A stretch of 64,000 nt of DNA. Source: Elusimicrobiota bacterium. GTDB lineage: Bacteria > Elusimicrobiota > Elusimicrobia > UBA1565 > UBA9628. Position numbers and translations under genes: made by a program. The stretch covers positions 2,966-66,965 of the forward strand of contig JAKFCD010000056.1 of the NCBI GenBank assembly GCA_036676805.1. Direction: 5' to 3'. Numbering within the stretch: the first letter of the stretch is position 1; every line of letters begins with the position of its first letter. Under the pieces are notes generated by a model that worked only from the letters and a program-made list of their open reading frames with translations, was not told where the DNA came from and made no database searches. Of this stretch, positions 1 to 10,458 are shown piece by piece.

Positions 1-13
1 CGCCGCCTTCGAC

Positions 14-3000
14 ATGCTCTCCGGCGTCGCCCGCGAAGGCGCCGACCTCTTCGGCCAGAAGACCCAGTGGAGCCAGGAAGGCGTCGGCACGGTCGGCCGC
101 GTGCAGACCTACTACGACACCTTGGGCGAAGTCTACTCCTCCGGCGACGAGGCTCTCGACGCCGAGCGCAAGGCCGCCCTCGAGTTCAAGGACGCGCTCG
201 CGAAGTCGCGCCAAGGCATCCAGGAGCAGCGCACGACCGTCGTCGGCTGGCTGCAGCAGCTCGACAACCCCAACGAGACCGCCCTCTCGCGCGTCGCCCA
301 GAACATCTCGGCGATCCAGGACAAGACGCGCCGCGTCCTCGAGACCAACATCGAGGCCCGCCGCGCCGAGCGCGCGCGCGACGCCGCCGCCAAGGCCGTC
401 GCCGACACACTCAAGGCCCTTAGCGCGGAGCGCGCCGAGCTCGACCGCGTCCTCGCGCCGGTCGGCGACCTCGGCCGCCTGTCCCCCGCGCTCGCGGCCC
501 GCGTGAGCGCCGTCGGCAGGACCGGCCCCGCCTGGCTCGCCGAGAACCGCGGCGGCCCCCAGACCATGGTGATCCCGAAGTCGCAGTTCGAGCGCTTCCT
601 CTCCCAGCTGTTCGGCGCGCTCTCCACCGACGCCGCGGCGCGCGACCTGGCCGCCATTCGCGAGCGGATCTTGAAGGACCCGCGCGCGCTGTCCCAGCTC
701 CTGCCCGGCACCAAGATGGTCGAGGTCGGCGAGGGCACCGACGGCTTCTACCTCGTCTACCAGAGCGAGTTCTCCACCCCCGGCGGCCTCGAGACCGCGC
801 AGCAGGTCACCTTCGGCAACGCCCTGAAGCTGTGGGGCCAGAACGTCAGCGTCATCGGCCACCGCTTCGCCAGCCCCCCGTCGGCGGGCAACGCGCCCTT
901 CGGCGACCAGGGCGTGACCGTGCGCGTCGAGTCGCTCGACAGCGACCGCATGGTCAACTACCTCGACGTGACCTTCCATAAGTTCATCCAGGACATCCCG
1001 CCCGACCTGACGGTCGGCTCCCAGGCGCGCGAGGCGCGCATGATGGTCTTCGACGACTTCGCCTTGATGGTCGCCGACGGCAAGGTGTACTTCGGCGCCG
1101 CCGGCTTCGCCGATTTCGCCGCCACCGACGCGGGCGGCAAGCCTTCCTACTACGGCGGCAACCTCAAGTCGAAGATCAAGTTCAGCAAGGTGCTCTCGCT
1201 CAACGCCGAGCAGACCGCGCTGTTCGCCAAGGACCCGCGCCGCTTTCTGCAGGAGGTGAACCTCGACTTCACCGGCTACGATCCCACCCTCGACCAGAGC
1301 TTCCTGATCGAGGGACGCGGCCAGGACCGCGAGTACACCCGCTCCAAGCTCGGCCTCGGCGTGGACCTCGCGGCCGCGCTCGGCCAGGAGGACACGTTCA
1401 ACCTCGAGTTCTATTACGCGAAGACCGGGGGCACCGACCCGCTGACCCAGCAGGCCGTGGGGGCCACCATCCTCAAGGGCTTCACCTTCGACGTCGGCGG
1501 GCACGAGACGCGGCTCTCGGTCGGCGGCGGCGGCGAGCTCGGCGAGCGGGTGAACTCGCTCAACGGGCGCATCTCCTACGAGATCCCGGACATGGGCTGG
1601 ACGATCAACGCCCAGGGCAAGCTCGCGGGTTCGGCGGCGGCGTACTTCGCCGAGATCCGCAAGCGCACCGGCGAGAACTCCGAGCTGGCACTTTCCTACG
1701 GCAGCCGCTACATCGGCCTCAACGACCGCCTCACCGTCTCCTTCGAGTCCACCTACACTCTGGGCGAGCTGTGGCGCTCGGTGACGGGCGCGGCCGCCGA
1801 GGACCTGCGCGGCGGCAAGACCATGGCCGAATTCGACGCGGCGCTCTCCGACTTCTTCGCGCGCGACAACGCCGACAACCCCGCGCTGGCCGAGCTCGCG
1901 CGCGCCTTCGACGCGGACGCGGGCCGCCGCCTCATCGTGCTCGAGATCGGCCGTCTCTCTCGCGAGATCGGCGAGCTTCAGAAGGCCGGCGCCTTCCTCG
2001 ACAACGTCCGCCAACGCGCGATGGTCGGCTTCGTCTCCGGGCCCGTCGGCCCCGGCACGGCCGAGCGCGCCACGGGCGGCGGCTTCCAGGTCGGCACCCA
2101 GACCGAGCTGACGATGACCAAGAGCCAGCGCGAGCTCGTCGAGTCCCGCGCCGCCGCGCTGTTCACCTTGGGGCTCGATCTCGAGGAGCAGCTGCTCGAC
2201 ACCGCGAAGGCCTGGCAGTCGGCGCTGGCCGCGATCGCCCTGGCCAAGTGGCGCCGGCATCTCGCGATCTTCCTCGCGGCGCACGCCGAGGACCAAGTCC
2301 TGCGCGCGGAGGCCGAGGCTCGCGTCATTTCGGCGACCGACGACCTGCGCCGCGCGTCGCTGCGCTACGCGTCCCTGACCGGCCGCGGCCCCGAGGAGGC
2401 GCTGCCCTTCGACGGCGTCAACCCCAACGACCTCGACCGCGTCCTGCGCCTGGTCGCGCGCGCGCTGGCGTCGCCCGAGCGCCTGGGCGAGCTGTTTTCC
2501 CGCGCGCGCGGCTCGATGAAGATTCCCGAGGCCTCGAAGGCCGTTCTTGACTGGGTCCCGTGGATCGAGAAGCTCACGATCTCCGTCGGCGCGCAGCTTC
2601 CGGACCTCATGTCGAGCCAGGCGCTCGGCGTCGCGGTGACGGTGCGCCTGCCCATCTACGACCCGACCAAGGGTAAAGTCAACGCCGCCTACGCCCTGCA
2701 GTCTCAGGCCGCCGTGCTCGAGATGGCCGCGCGGCTGAAGTCCACGCGCCTGCGCGCGAAATCGGAGCGCATCGCCGCGCGCGGGTGGCTCGAGCGCGCG
2801 CGCGAGGCCGAGAAGGCGGCCTCCGAATCGCGCCTGGAGCTCTCCGACGGCATCCGCCTGTACCGCAACGCGCTGATCGGCGCGCCCGAGCTTCGCGCCC
2901 GCGCGCGCCGCTGGCTCGACGCCGCGACCGACGCGCTGACCTTCGCCGTCGAGGGCTCTTTGCACGACGCGTGGGCCTCCCTCGACGCCGCCGGCCAGCC

Positions 3001-6000
3001 GCTGAGCCCCGTCGGCGAGACGTATGACGAGCCCAAGGACATGAACGCCGCCTTCGACCAGGCGACGGCGCGGTCGGCGTCCTGGGAGGCCCTCGCGCGG
3101 CGCTCCTCGGCGGCGCGCGAGCTGCTCGAGGCCTCGGACCGGCGCATCCGCAAGGTGGACGTGGACCTCTCGGTCGGCGCGAACATCACCGCCGCGGGCG
3201 TGGCACTGATCCCGGCGTTCGGCTTCACGGGCCTGATGGTGCTGCCCGTCGTCGGCATTGAGCTCGCCCCCGAGGAGCTGCGCCAGCTCGACGCCGGGCG
3301 CCGCGGCGCCGAAGCGGACCTGTACACGCGGCTCCAGGATAAAGCGGCGGCGGATATGGCCTTGAACCTGACGCGGGCGCTGCTCGAGGCGTCCTACGCC
3401 GCCAAGCAGATCGCGCTCTATGAAGGAGAACTGATCCCCGCCCTCGAGGCCGCCTTGGACGGCACCCCGGGAGCCGCGGAGAAGCTGAGGGCCGCGCGGT
3501 CAGCACTGAGCGATCTGATCGCGCGGCGCCGCGAAGCCGAGGTCGCCGCCAATCACCTGCTCGGCCGCCCCCTCGACTCCCGCCTGCAGCTGAGCGTGGA
3601 CGCCGAGACGGCGCTCCGCGCGCTCGCCGCGCGCTCCGCCGCGCTCAACCCCGCCGCCGCGGCGCGCGAGGCGCTCGAGTCGCGCCTGAAGATCGCGCGC
3701 GCCGTCGAGGCCGCCGTGGACAAGGGCCTGCGCGTCGACCGCCTGCGCCTCGACCCGATCTCGATGGTGGGCCGCTCTCTGGGGCGCCTGATCGCGGCGC
3801 TGTCCGGCGACGGCGTTCCCTCCCCCGAGATCGTCGCGATCGCGCGCGAGCGCACCTTGGCCGCCGAGCGCGCCTTGGAGGCTTTCGACGAGGCCCTGCC
3901 CGCCGCGCGCGCGCGGCTGGGCTCCGAGCTCTCCCGCGTCCGCGCCGCCCGCGCGGCGCTCGAGGGGCGCGGCGACCCGGAGTCCCGGGCGCGCGCGCTC
4001 GAACTCTCCCGCCAGGAGGCGATGCTCCGGGCCCAGATCTCGATGTGGGGCTCCTCGCTCGCGTCCCAGGCCGGGACCATGCCGACCAGCTACGCCGAGC
4101 TCCGCGACCGTTTGCGCGAGGCCGCTTTGCGCCAGGCCCCCCCGAGGTACGATCACGGCGATCTCGGCGCCTTCGAGACCGCCCCGCCGCTCGACGCGAC
4201 CGGCTCGATCCGCTTCTACGATCACCGCCAGACCCTGTCGGGCGAGCCGGTCGGCCGCTCCTTCGTCGAGGGCTGGCTCGAGGCGCGCCTGCGCAGCCCC
4301 TCGACGCCGCCCGAGGCGATGCTGGCGCTCGCCAAGCTGCGCGAGGAGCGCGCCGACGAGACCCGCCGCTCCGGCGCCGCCGCCGCCCGGGCGCGCGCCG
4401 ACATGGCGCTGGCGCGCCTGCGCTTCGACGCGGCCCTGATGCGCTGGTCGGAGGGCGTGGGCATCGGCGCCGAGGCGCGCGCGCGCGTCGCCCGCGACCT
4501 CGCCGAGACCGCCGCCTTCCTGCACCTTCCGCCCGGCACGCCGCCGGAGGCCCTGCTCGCCCTGCTGCCGGCCCCGTCCGACGGGGACCTCGCGGCGGCG
4601 GCCGCGCGCGAGGTCGCCGAGGCCGAGGCCTTCGACCTCGAGCTGCTCAAGAACACCTTGTTCACCGCGGGCCTGCCCGAGGAGCTCGCCGGCCGCGACC
4701 GCCTGCCGCAGCTGCGCGCCGACCTGCTCGCCGAGAAGATGAGCTCGCGCGGCTTCACGCCGATGGCGGCGGTCGGCCTGTTCCGGGGGACGTGGGTGCA
4801 GGGCGCCTTCCTCGAGGCGCCGGACCCCGAGCGCGTGCGCGCCGGCCTCGTCGAGGTCATCGACGACGCCCTGCGCCGCGAGCTTGAGGACTCGCGCCGC
4901 CTGCAGGGCTTGTCCTTGCTGCTCCACACCTTGATGGCCTCGGTCGCCGAGAAGACGCGCCTCGTCGCCGCCCTGCGCCTGCGCGAGCTCGCCGCCCGTC
5001 GCGACCTGCTCGGCGCCGTCGAGCGCGTGCGCACGAAGCTCTCCCCCGTCTCCGAGATCGCCTCCGCCCAGGCCGAGGCCGCCCGCGCGCAGTTCGAGTT
5101 CGTCGCCGCCACCCAGGCCCTGGCCGAGGACTTCGCGCGCCTGACGGGCGAGCTCTCCGCGCTCGGCATCTCCCCCGCGATATATCGGAAGCCTTCCGCG
5201 CGGAGCGCGGGAGGGCGGGACCCGCTCGAGCCCGCCGAGCGCACCGCCCGCGCCCGCCTGCTCGCCTGGTGGGCCGACCGCCTGCTCGACGAGGGCTTCG
5301 AGCGGCGCAACGACGAGCTGCTCGCCGACGCGCCGGAGTCCATCCGCGCGGAGCTGCGCGTGCTCGTCGAGCGCTACCGCCTCGCCGCCAAGGACGCGGC
5401 CGCGGTGAGGAGCAACGACTACGACCCCGCCGAGCGCCTCGACCGCTTGATGAAGGTCGATCTGCAGGGCCGCCGGCGCCTCATCGAAGCGACCTTGTCC
5501 CGTATCCTGTCCGAGCTTCAGTCCTCCGACCCCGCGCGCGGGGCCTCCTGGACCGGGCTGATGGGCTTCCTGCGCCAGGAGGCCTCCGCCTCGGCCGAGC
5601 TGGAGGGCTCCGTGCTCGCCCGCGAGGGCGGGGTGAACGCCGAGCTCTCCCGCGTCTACTGGTCGGCCGTCAAGGCGCCCCCCGCCCTCGACGGGCCCGT
5701 GCGCCGCCTCATCGACCTCGACGCCCGCGTCGCCGGGCTGCGCCGCGAGGCGCAGGCGGCGTGGCTGTCCCGCTCCGCCTCGCCGCGCGACCACCTGCTC
5801 AAGGACAAGGCGCTCGACGCCTACGTCGTGGCACTCGACGCGTTCGACGCCGAGCTCGCCGCCGTCCTCGAGCTTCCGGAGGCCGCGGCCGACGCGGGCT
5901 GGACGCGCTCGCTCAACGGCCTGTTCGGCGTGCGCGAGAGCCTCGCGCGCCGCCGCGACCGGCTCCAGTACGGGCGGGGCATCCTCACGCTCGAGGCGTC

Positions 6001-8158
6001 CATCGCGCTCGGCGAATCGCGCCTGCGCGCGCTGCGCTTCGACCCCTCCGAGACCCGCGAGATCGCCCCGGCCTCCGAGACCGTCGCCTTCCTGCGCGCG
6101 ATGAAGGCCCGCTGGGTCGGCCGCACCGAGGCGCTGCCCGCGCTGATCGCCCTGCGAAGCAAGGACGGGATCAGCTGGTCCTCGTCGGCGGAGGTCCGCC
6201 GGCTCGAGGCCGCGGGGCGCGTCAGCGACCTCGCGGGCCGCCGCTTCGTCGCCCCCGAACGGTGGGTCGGACGCCCGCCGGAGACGGCCGCGGAGGCGGT
6301 CGCCGTGGGCTGGACCGAGGTGGTCGAGGGCGATGACGCCGCGCGCGAGCGCCTGGCCGAGGTTCGCGCGCGCCGCGACGAAGCGGCCCGCCGCGCCGCG
6401 CTCGACCGGGCCCTGCTCTCCTCCGAGGTGGTCCTCGAGGGCGGCGCCGGCGGCGCGTCCTTGACCCTGGGCGACCTGCGCCGCCTCGAGGGTGAGGGCC
6501 GCGTGCTGTGGTTCGAGGCCCGCCCCGATCCGCGCACGGGCCTGCGCAAGGCCCTGCCCGTCCCCGCCGCGCGCCTGCGCGCCCCCTCCGAGCTGGCGGC
6601 GTTCGTGCGCGTCGACGGCCCCCCGGCCGACCCCGAGAGCTTCCCCTCCCTCGAAGCGCTCGAGTCCTCGGGCGCCTCGTCCTCCTACCGGCGCGCCGAC
6701 CTCGGCCGCGCCGGCCTCCTCGCTCTCATCGAAGAAGCGCGCGCCCAGGCCCTCTCCGCCCGCCGGGCGGGCTGGCTCAAGCTCAAGCTGTCGTCGTGGG
6801 GCTTCGCCCTCGACGCGGCGGGCGAGGTGAGCGCGGTCTACCTCGACGAAAAAGAAATGAAGAAGGCGGCCGAAGAGGCCGAGGACCCCAAGGACCCCGC
6901 GCACAAGTGGACGTTCCATAAGAGCGCGGACCTCTCCGTCGGGCTCGGCAACGACGGCACGGTCGTCTCCGTCCGCGTCGGGACCAGGACGATCTCCCTC
7001 GGCGGCGCGGCCGTGACCTGGCTCGGCGCGGCGCCGCTGGCCCTCGAGACGGACGCGCAGGGGCGCGTGCGGCGCGTGTTCCACGATAAGGACGAGCTGG
7101 CCGGAAAGGCCGGCGGCTGGTGGGTCGAGGACGCGTCCGGCCGCGTGTGGAAGGACACCGGCGCGGAGTACGCCCCGACCGCCAAGCCCAAGCGCTGGAT
7201 CGATCCCGATAACGGTTTTACCGTGCACCTGGGACGCGAGCTCAACGACGCGCGCCTCGAAGCCGCCCGGTCGGCGGCGCGCGCGGCGCGGCACTGGGCC
7301 TACTCCCCCGGGCAGTGGCCCGACCTCGTCCTCGAGATTCCGCGCGGCGTCGTCCAGATCCCGATCGAGCTGATCACGGGCCGCGACCCGAACCAGCACG
7401 GCTACCTGGGAGGCGCCTACGCGCGCCGCGGCGAGGGGGGTGCCACGATCCGCCGCGGCCCGGGCGGGACCCTGCTCCACGCGATCGACATACTGGGCAT
7501 ACTCCCCGATCCCGTGCAGCGCTATTTCGACCCGAGCCAATTCCCCTCGGTCGTCGACGGGGACGGCCCGCTCAGCCCCGGCGACGCCGCGAGTTCCAAG
7601 GACCCGCGCACCGTCGACGGCCGCCTGAACCTCGTGTTCGGCTCGGGCGCGCTCCTGCGCGAGGCACGATGGGCCCAGGAGGAGCGCGAGGCGGCCCGCG
7701 CCGAGGCCCTCTCCGCCTTCCGCGGCGGCGCCCGGCGCGAGATCCTCGAGACGGTGCGCGGGCGCGCGGGCAATTACGCCGAGGCCTACACCCGCACCGA
7801 GACCGGGCGCGCCGCCTTCCTCGCCGCCCTGGCCGAGCTCGGCCTCGGCGCCGGCGCCCGCGGCGGCTCGCTCTCCGCCGACCCGCGCCGCTCGGCGACC
7901 GACCGCGTGGTCCTGAGCTTCCTTCTCGAGCTCGGCGCCGAGGGCCAGGACGCGCGCCTGCGCCTGTACGAGGAGGAGCTGCGCAAGCTCGAGGCGCGCC
8001 CCGAGGCCAAGTCCGACTTCGACGCCGAGGTCGCCGCCGCCGAGGCCTCCCTCTCCGCCGCCCTCGCCGCCCGCCGCGCCGCCGAGGAGGCGGTCAAGTC
8101 CCTCGCCTCCAACATGCCCGGCGAATCCCCCCTCGCCCGCCGCCTCGCCTCCCTTTAG
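14..8158 (+). CDS. Giant (>2714 aa, probably 5'-truncated) envelope protein with a beta-strand-rich region and multiple TolC/OEP-like repeats
   Basis: The frame is open back to the window start. An amphipathic beta-strand segment lies at ~900-1760. TolC-like segments follow, e.g. LGVAVTVRLPIYD...YRNALIGAPEL, LMVLPVVGIEL...ANHLLGRP and EIASAQAEAARAQFEFVAATQAL. Codon usage is strongly GC3. Confidence 0.7.
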   Translation: MLSGVAREGADLFGQKTQWSQEGVGTVGRVQTYYDTLGEVYSSGDEALDAERKAALEFKDALAKSRQGIQEQRTTVVGWLQQLDNPNETALSRVAQNISAIQDKTRRVLETNIEARRAERARDAAAKAVADTLKALSAERAELDRVLAPVGDLGRLSPALAARVSAVGRTGPAWLAENRGGPQTMVIPKSQFERFLSQLFGALSTDAAARDLAAIRERILKDPRALSQLLPGTKMVEVGEGTDGFYLVYQSEFSTPGGLETAQQVTFGNALKLWGQNVSVIGHRFASPPSAGNAPFGDQGVTVRVESLDSDRMVNYLDVTFHKFIQDIPPDLTVGSQAREARMMVFDDFALMVADGKVYFGAAGFADFAATDAGGKPSYYGGNLKSKIKFSKVLSLNAEQTALFAKDPRRFLQEVNLDFTGYDPTLDQSFLIEGRGQDREYTRSKLGLGVDLAAALGQEDTFNLEFYYAKTGGTDPLTQQAVGATILKGFTFDVGGHETRLSVGGGGELGERVNSLNGRISYEIPDMGWTINAQGKLAGSAAAYFAEIRKRTGENSELALSYGSRYIGLNDRLTVSFESTYTLGELWRSVTGAAAEDLRGGKTMAEFDAALSDFFARDNADNPALAELARAFDADAGRRLIVLEIGRLSREIGELQKAGAFLDNVRQRAMVGFVSGPVGPGTAERATGGGFQVGTQTELTMTKSQRELVESRAAALFTLGLDLEEQLLDTAKAWQSALAAIALAKWRRHLAIFLAAHAEDQVLRAEAEARVISATDDLRRASLRYASLTGRGPEEALPFDGVNPNDLDRVLRLVARALASPERLGELFSRARGSMKIPEASKAVLDWVPWIEKLTISVGAQLPDLMSSQALGVAVTVRLPIYDPTKGKVNAAYALQSQAAVLEMAARLKSTRLRAKSERIAARGWLERAREAEKAASESRLELSDGIRLYRNALIGAPELRARARRWLDAATDALTFAVEGSLHDAWASLDAAGQPLSPVGETYDEPKDMNAAFDQATARSASWEALARRSSAARELLEASDRRIRKVDVDLSVGANITAAGVALIPAFGFTGLMVLPVVGIELAPEELRQLDAGRRGAEADLYTRLQDKAAADMALNLTRALLEASYAAKQIALYEGELIPALEAALDGTPGAAEKLRAARSALSDLIARRREAEVAANHLLGRPLDSRLQLSVDAETALRALAARSAALNPAAAAREALESRLKIARAVEAAVDKGLRVDRLRLDPISMVGRSLGRLIAALSGDGVPSPEIVAIARERTLAAERALEAFDEALPAARARLGSELSRVRAARAALEGRGDPESRARALELSRQEAMLRAQISMWGSSLASQAGTMPTSYAELRDRLREAALRQAPPRYDHGDLGAFETAPPLDATGSIRFYDHRQTLSGEPVGRSFVEGWLEARLRSPSTPPEAMLALAKLREERADETRRSGAAAARARADMALARLRFDAALMRWSEGVGIGAEARARVARDLAETAAFLHLPPGTPPEALLALLPAPSDGDLAAAAAREVAEAEAFDLELLKNTLFTAGLPEELAGRDRLPQLRADLLAEKMSSRGFTPMAAVGLFRGTWVQGAFLEAPDPERVRAGLVEVIDDALRRELEDSRRLQGLSLLLHTLMASVAEKTRLVAALRLRELAARRDLLGAVERVRTKLSPVSEIASAQAEAARAQFEFVAATQALAEDFARLTGELSALGISPAIYRKPSARSAGGRDPLEPAERTARARLLAWWADRLLDEGFERRNDELLADAPESIRAELRVLVERYRLAAKDAAAVRSNDYDPAERLDRLMKVDLQGRRRLIEATLSRILSELQSSDPARGASWTGLMGFLRQEASASAELEGSVLAREGGVNAELSRVYWSAVKAPPALDGPVRRLIDLDARVAGLRREAQAAWLSRSASPRDHLLKDKALDAYVVALDAFDAELAAVLELPEAAADAGWTRSLNGLFGVRESLARRRDRLQYGRGILTLEASIALGESRLRALRFDPSETREIAPASETVAFLRAMKARWVGRTEALPALIALRSKDGISWSSSAEVRRLEAAGRVSDLAGRRFVAPERWVGRPPETAAEAVAVGWTEVVEGDDAARERLAEVRARRDEAARRAALDRALLSSEVVLEGGAGGASLTLGDLRRLEGEGRVLWFEARPDPRTGLRKALPVPAARLRAPSELAAFVRVDGPPADPESFPSLEALESSGASSSYRRADLGRAGLLALIEEARAQALSARRAGWLKLKLSSWGFALDAAGEVSAVYLDEKEMKKAAEEAEDPKDPAHKWTFHKSADLSVGLGNDGTVVSVRVGTRTISLGGAAVTWLGAAPLALETDAQGRVRRVFHDKDELAGKAGGWWVEDASGRVWKDTGAEYAPTAKPKRWIDPDNGFTVHLGRELNDARLEAARSAARAARHWAYSPGQWPDLVLEIPRGVVQIPIELITGRDPNQHGYLGGAYARRGEGGATIRRGPGGTLLHAIDILGILPDPVQRYFDPSQFPSVVDGDGPLSPGDAASSKDPRTVDGRLNLVFGSGALLREARWAQEEREAARAEALSAFRGGARREILETVRGRAGNYAEAYTRTETGRAAFLAALAELGLGAGARGGSLSADPRRSATDRVVLSFLLELGAEGQDARLRLYEEELRKLEARPEAKSDFDAEVAAAEASLSAALAARRAAEEAVKSLASNMPGESPLARRLASL

Positions 8159-8196
8159 GGGTCAGACCCCGCCCGGGCGAAATACTAGAATACCGC

Positions 8197-10173
8197 ATGG
8201 ATCTCGCCGCGCTGTTCGGGCCGGAAGGCGCCTTGGCGCGCGCGCGTTCCGGGTGGGAGCCCCGGCCTCCGCAGGAGGCGATGGCGGGAGCGGTGTGGCA
8301 GTCGCTCGAGCGCGGCGGGGACCTCGTCGTCGAGGCGGGCACCGGCGTGGGCAAGAGCCTCGCGTACCTGCTGCCGGCGGCGCTGTGGGCGGCGACGCGG
8401 GATCGAAGGGTGATCGTGTCCACGCATACGCGGGCATTGCAGGAACAGCTCTTGAATCACGAGCTGCCCACGGCGGCGAGGGCGATGGAAGCGCTGGGAT
8501 TGCCTCTGAGATACGCCATGCTCATGGGGGCCGACAACTACCTCTGCGTACAGCGCCTTGCACGACTGCGCGCCAGACCGGACTCCGTTTCCGAGACCGG
8601 CAAAGAGACTTTGGAGCGGCTCGACGCCTGGGCGCGCGACGCCCAGTCGGGGCACCGCTCGGCGCTGCCGGAATTGATCCCGCAGAACATCTGGGACCGC
8701 GTCGCGCGGGACACCGACGTGTGCATGGGGCCGGGCGGGCCGTATTGGGACCGCTGCCTGTGGCGGCGCGACCGCGAGCGCGCCGACCGCGCTCACATTC
8801 TCGTCGTCAACCACGCCCTGCTGCTCTCGGGCGCGCGCCTGCCCCCCTGCGACGCGATGATCCTCGACGAGGCGCACAACCTCGAGGACGCGGCCTCCGC
8901 GCGCTACGGCGTGAGCGCGGGGCTGCACCGCGCCGTCGAGCTGACCGAGGAGGTCAAGGTCTCGGCGCTGCTCTACGCCGACGAGGCCCTGGCCGAGCGC
9001 GCCGCGCAGGCGGCCTCCGAGCTCGGGGCCTTCTTCGTGGAGCTGGCCCGCGAGAACGGGCTGAAGGAGCCTGATGAGGAGAACCAGGGCAAGCTGCTCG
9101 AGTCGACGCCCGACGCGCCGCCCGCCGCCCTGCTCGCGCTCGACAAGGCCCTGGCCGAGGCCGCCGCGGCCGCCGAGGGCCGTCCCGATGAGACCGAGAT
9201 GCGCATGCTCCACGCGCGCGCGGCCCAGTTCGGCCACGACCTCATGGCCGTGCTCAAGCCCGACTCGTCGGCGACCGCTAGATGGGTGGCCTGGCCGCGC
9301 ACCGGGCCGGAGCTGCGCGCCGCCCCGCTCGACGTCGGGCGCCGCCTGGCCGAGGGCCTGTTCTCCCGCGGCATACCCGCGATCCTGACCTCGGCGACCT
9401 TGTCGACGGGCGACGGCCTCAAGGACTTCAAGGCGCGCGTGGGCCTGCCCGAGGCGCGCGAGCTCGTGCTCGATTCGCCTTACGACTACGCGGCGCAGGC
9501 GGCGTTCTGGGCCGTGGAGGGCCTGCCCGATCCCAAGGACGAGGAGGCTCACGCCGCGGCGATCACGCAGGCCTGCGCGGACATCGTCGCGCGCGTGCCG
9601 GGCGGGGTGTTCCTCCTGTTCTCGAGCTGGCGGCTGCTGCGCAAGGTGCATGGGCTTCTGCGCAAGAGGATACCGGACCGGCCGGTGTGGGCGCAGGGCG
9701 CCTCGGGGCACGACGCGCTCGTGCGCGAGTTCGAGAACGCCGGCGACGCGGTCCTGCTGGGCGTGGACACCTTCTGGCAGGGCATCGACGTTCCCGGCGA
9801 GGCGCTGTCCTGCGTGGTGCTGGTCAAGCTCCCTTTTCCGAACGTCTCGTCGGCCCTGGAAGAAGCGAGACGGCGCTGGCTCGAGGAGAACGGGCGGGAC
9901 TACTTCAAGGACTGGTCTTTGCCGCGCGCGGTGATGAAGTTCCGGCAGGGATTCGGGCGGCTGATCCGCACGGGGACGGATCGGGGAGCGGTGGTCTGCC
10001 TCGATTCCCGCGTGCTCAAGAAGGGCTATGGAAAAGTCTTTCTGCGCTCGCTGCCGCCGTGCAGAAAAATAAACGGCCTCGACGAGCTCGCGGCGTTTTT
10101 CAGCCCGGCCGCAGGCGCCGCAGGTCCTTCGTCAGGAGAAGGATCTCCGCGTCCATCTCTCCCCGAAGCGTGA
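8197..10173 (+). CDS. dinG: DinG/YoaA-family ATP-dependent DNA helicase
   Basis: Motifs VEAGTGVGKSLAYL, ILDEAH, LTSATL, FWQGIDVPG and QGFGRLIR. Start reassigned to ATG 8197, in frame with track ORF 7315..10173. Confidence 0.92.
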   Translation: MDLAALFGPEGALARARSGWEPRPPQEAMAGAVWQSLERGGDLVVEAGTGVGKSLAYLLPAALWAATRDRRVIVSTHTRALQEQLLNHELPTAARAMEALGLPLRYAMLMGADNYLCVQRLARLRARPDSVSETGKETLERLDAWARDAQSGHRSALPELIPQNIWDRVARDTDVCMGPGGPYWDRCLWRRDRERADRAHILVVNHALLLSGARLPPCDAMILDEAHNLEDAASARYGVSAGLHRAVELTEEVKVSALLYADEALAERAAQAASELGAFFVELARENGLKEPDEENQGKLLESTPDAPPAALLALDKALAEAAAAAEGRPDETEMRMLHARAAQFGHDLMAVLKPDSSATARWVAWPRTGPELRAAPLDVGRRLAEGLFSRGIPAILTSATLSTGDGLKDFKARVGLPEARELVLDSPYDYAAQAAFWAVEGLPDPKDEEAHAAAITQACADIVARVPGGVFLLFSSWRLLRKVHGLLRKRIPDRPVWAQGASGHDALVREFENAGDAVLLGVDTFWQGIDVPGEALSCVVLVKLPFPNVSSALEEARRRWLEENGRDYFKDWSLPRAVMKFRQGFGRLIRTGTDRGAVVCLDSRVLKKGYGKVFLRSLPPCRKINGLDELAAFFSPAAGAAGPSSGEGSPRPSLPEA

Positions 10174-10435
10174 GCCAATACATACGGAAATCCGCGCGCA
10201 GCGACAACAACGGATAAGTAAAGGTCGCGGGGCGGTTCTTCTCATAGAAGAAATGGCCGGCCCAGGCCAATGCATAAGCGACGCCGACGCCTGAAACGGC
10301 AACGGATGGGGCGCGCCATATGAGACCTACGGCGGCGAGGACGAGCCCTAACGACGTGCCGGCCGCGTGAAGACGGCGATTGACCGGATTAAGGTGTTGG
10401 GAGACATAGTAAGGCCAAAATTCGGCGGCGGTCAT
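10100..10435 (-). CDS. DUF962/Mpo1-like small membrane protein
   Basis: FWPYYVSQH...NRRLH...AWAGHFFYEKNRPATF..P..SL..DF is the DUF962 pattern. It overlaps the helicase 3' end. Confidence 0.85.
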   Translation of the reverse strand: MTAAEFWPYYVSQHLNPVNRRLHAAGTSLGLVLAAVGLIWRAPSVAVSGVGVAYALAWAGHFFYEKNRPATFTYPLLSLRADFRMYWLTLRGEMDAEILLLTKDLRRLRPG

Positions 10436-10458
10436 CCTTGAGATTCTATAATAACGGC

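Noticed and set aside
3500-7540. 1346-aa minus-strand ORF and other long antisense ORFs (e.g. 31306..32925, 41048..42799, 59768..61948)
   Set aside because: These are shadows of real genes on the opposite strand in GC-rich DNA, with no recognisable motifs.
7315-8196. N-terminal extension of the helicase ORF as given in the track
   Set aside because: It overlaps the giant gene in another frame and is Arg/Pro-rich noise; helicase motifs begin after ATG 8197.
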